From Gemmatales bacterium (GTDB lineage Bacteria; Planctomycetota; Planctomycetia; Gemmatales; HRBIN36), in contig JANWVZ010000001.1 of the NCBI GenBank assembly GCA_025056555.1, positions 1 through 59,484 of the forward strand: 59,484 nucleotides of DNA. The letters are read 5' to 3'. Each line of letters begins with the position of its first letter. Position 1 is the stretch's first letter. The notes beneath the pieces are model-generated. The model saw nothing but the letters and a program-made list of their open reading frames with translations, was not told the DNA's origin and did no database searches. A program made the translations under genes and the position numbers. Shown here piece by piece: positions 58,847 through 59,484 of the stretch.

Positions 58847-59005
58847 TTTTCGGTGCGAGGTGGAAAAGTCCAAAGTGGGGACGGGTTGTTTTCACCGCCA
58901 TTCCCCGAATGGCTGGATGAAGACCGCTTGGATTTCGAGCACAAGTGCGAGCACCAGAATAGCCGACGAAGCATCGCAACGTCAGCTGGGAAGGGAGGAT
59001 TCACC

Positions 59006-59484
59006 ATGACGGCTATGAAGCATGTATTGTCATGGATCCACCGCTTTGTTAAGGCCAAGAGCAAGCGCCGGCAGCGCCGAAATCGCCGACTTCACCTAAG
59101 CGTTGAACTTCTGGAATCGCGGGACCAGCCGGCGGTCGTCAGTTGGACGGGCCAGTCGCCCACCAACCCGACCTCCTGGCACGATGCCAGAAACTGGAGC
59201 CTGAACCGCGTACCGTTCGACGGTGACGACGTTTTCATCGGAGTCAGCGGGGTACGGTTTTCGTCCGGCAGGGTGACACTGAACTCGTTAGTCGTGGACG
59301 GACATTTTATCATGGAAGGTGGATCGCTGAGCATATCGGCGATGTCATCATTCGGTGGAATTACCATGAGCGGCGGGGGCTTGTCCTTCGCGAACACATT
59401 TGTCGCCAATAACAATTTCTTTTGGTCTGGAGGCAAGATCGGCGGAGCAGGAGTGCGAAATGAAGGCACTCTGTTTATAACACC
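59006..59484 (+). CDS. large secreted adhesin-like protein, N-terminal 159 codons (gene continues past the right edge)
   Basis: ATG 59006 preceded by GGGAGGA (58993-58999). The frame stays open to the end of the window (not in the ORF track). MTAMKHVLSWIHRFVKAKSKRRQRRNRRLHLSVELLESRDQPAVVSWTGQSPTNPTSWHDARNWS...: basic N-terminus, LLESR motif, then WTG...W..A.NW..., as in giant planctomycete surface proteins. Confidence 0.7.
   Translation, partial: MTAMKHVLSWIHRFVKAKSKRRQRRNRRLHLSVELLESRDQPAVVSWTGQSPTNPTSWHDARNWSLNRVPFDGDDVFIGVSGVRFSSGRVTLNSLVVDGHFIMEGGSLSISAMSSFGGITMSGGGLSFANTFVANNNFFWSGGKIGGAGVRNEGTLFIT

Noticed and set aside
1-59484. Mobile-element hallmarks (transposase, integrase, inverted terminal repeats), rRNA genes and prophage genes.
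   Set aside because: I found none while reading the ORF translations and intergenic regions. The compositionally deviant patches (7.9-9.2 kb, 10.6-15.4 kb, 50.0-52.0 kb) lack recognisable mobility genes.

Overview
A 59.5-kb chromosomal segment, moderately GC-rich. It is most likely from a member of the Planctomycetota. This is an inference from gene content: a DUF1573 protein, a very large MoxR/DUF58/BatA/vWA membrane cluster, a PPi-type phosphofructokinase, Tat-signal prenyltransferase-fold proteins, and an N-terminal LLESR motif on a giant secreted protein. I can support about 38 protein-coding genes, two tRNAs (Val-GAC, Ala-GGC), a type-A RNase P RNA that the ORF track hides under spurious ORFs, three hairpin terminators and several intergenic or in-gene repeats. 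I recognised no rRNA, CRISPR array, transposase or integrase. Clear housekeeping genes are hom, recA, clpS, rnpB, PPi-PFK, an aldehyde:ferredoxin oxidoreductase and a polyprenyl glycosylphosphotransferase. The best candidate for something undescribed is a stand-alone, lower-GC gene for a 1596-aa protein (10598-15388, minus strand). It has a complete SF1/UvrD-type helicase motif set between about 300 aa (N-terminal) and 770 aa (C-terminal) of unassignable sequence, and it sits in opposite orientation between hom and a cupin epimerase gene. Other items worth a look: a 15-kb, seven-gene co-directional cluster (two Tat-signal prenyltransferase-fold paralogs, MoxR, DUF58 and three giant vWA/membrane proteins); a dead-caspase/S41-peptidase fusion; an FHA-GAF-PP2C / vWA / ECF-sigma module; a low-GC islet next to tRNA-Ala; and a repeat-rich 0.8-kb leader in front of a giant adhesin-like gene. 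All family assignments come from motif recognition by eye. No database search, HMM or structure prediction was possible.
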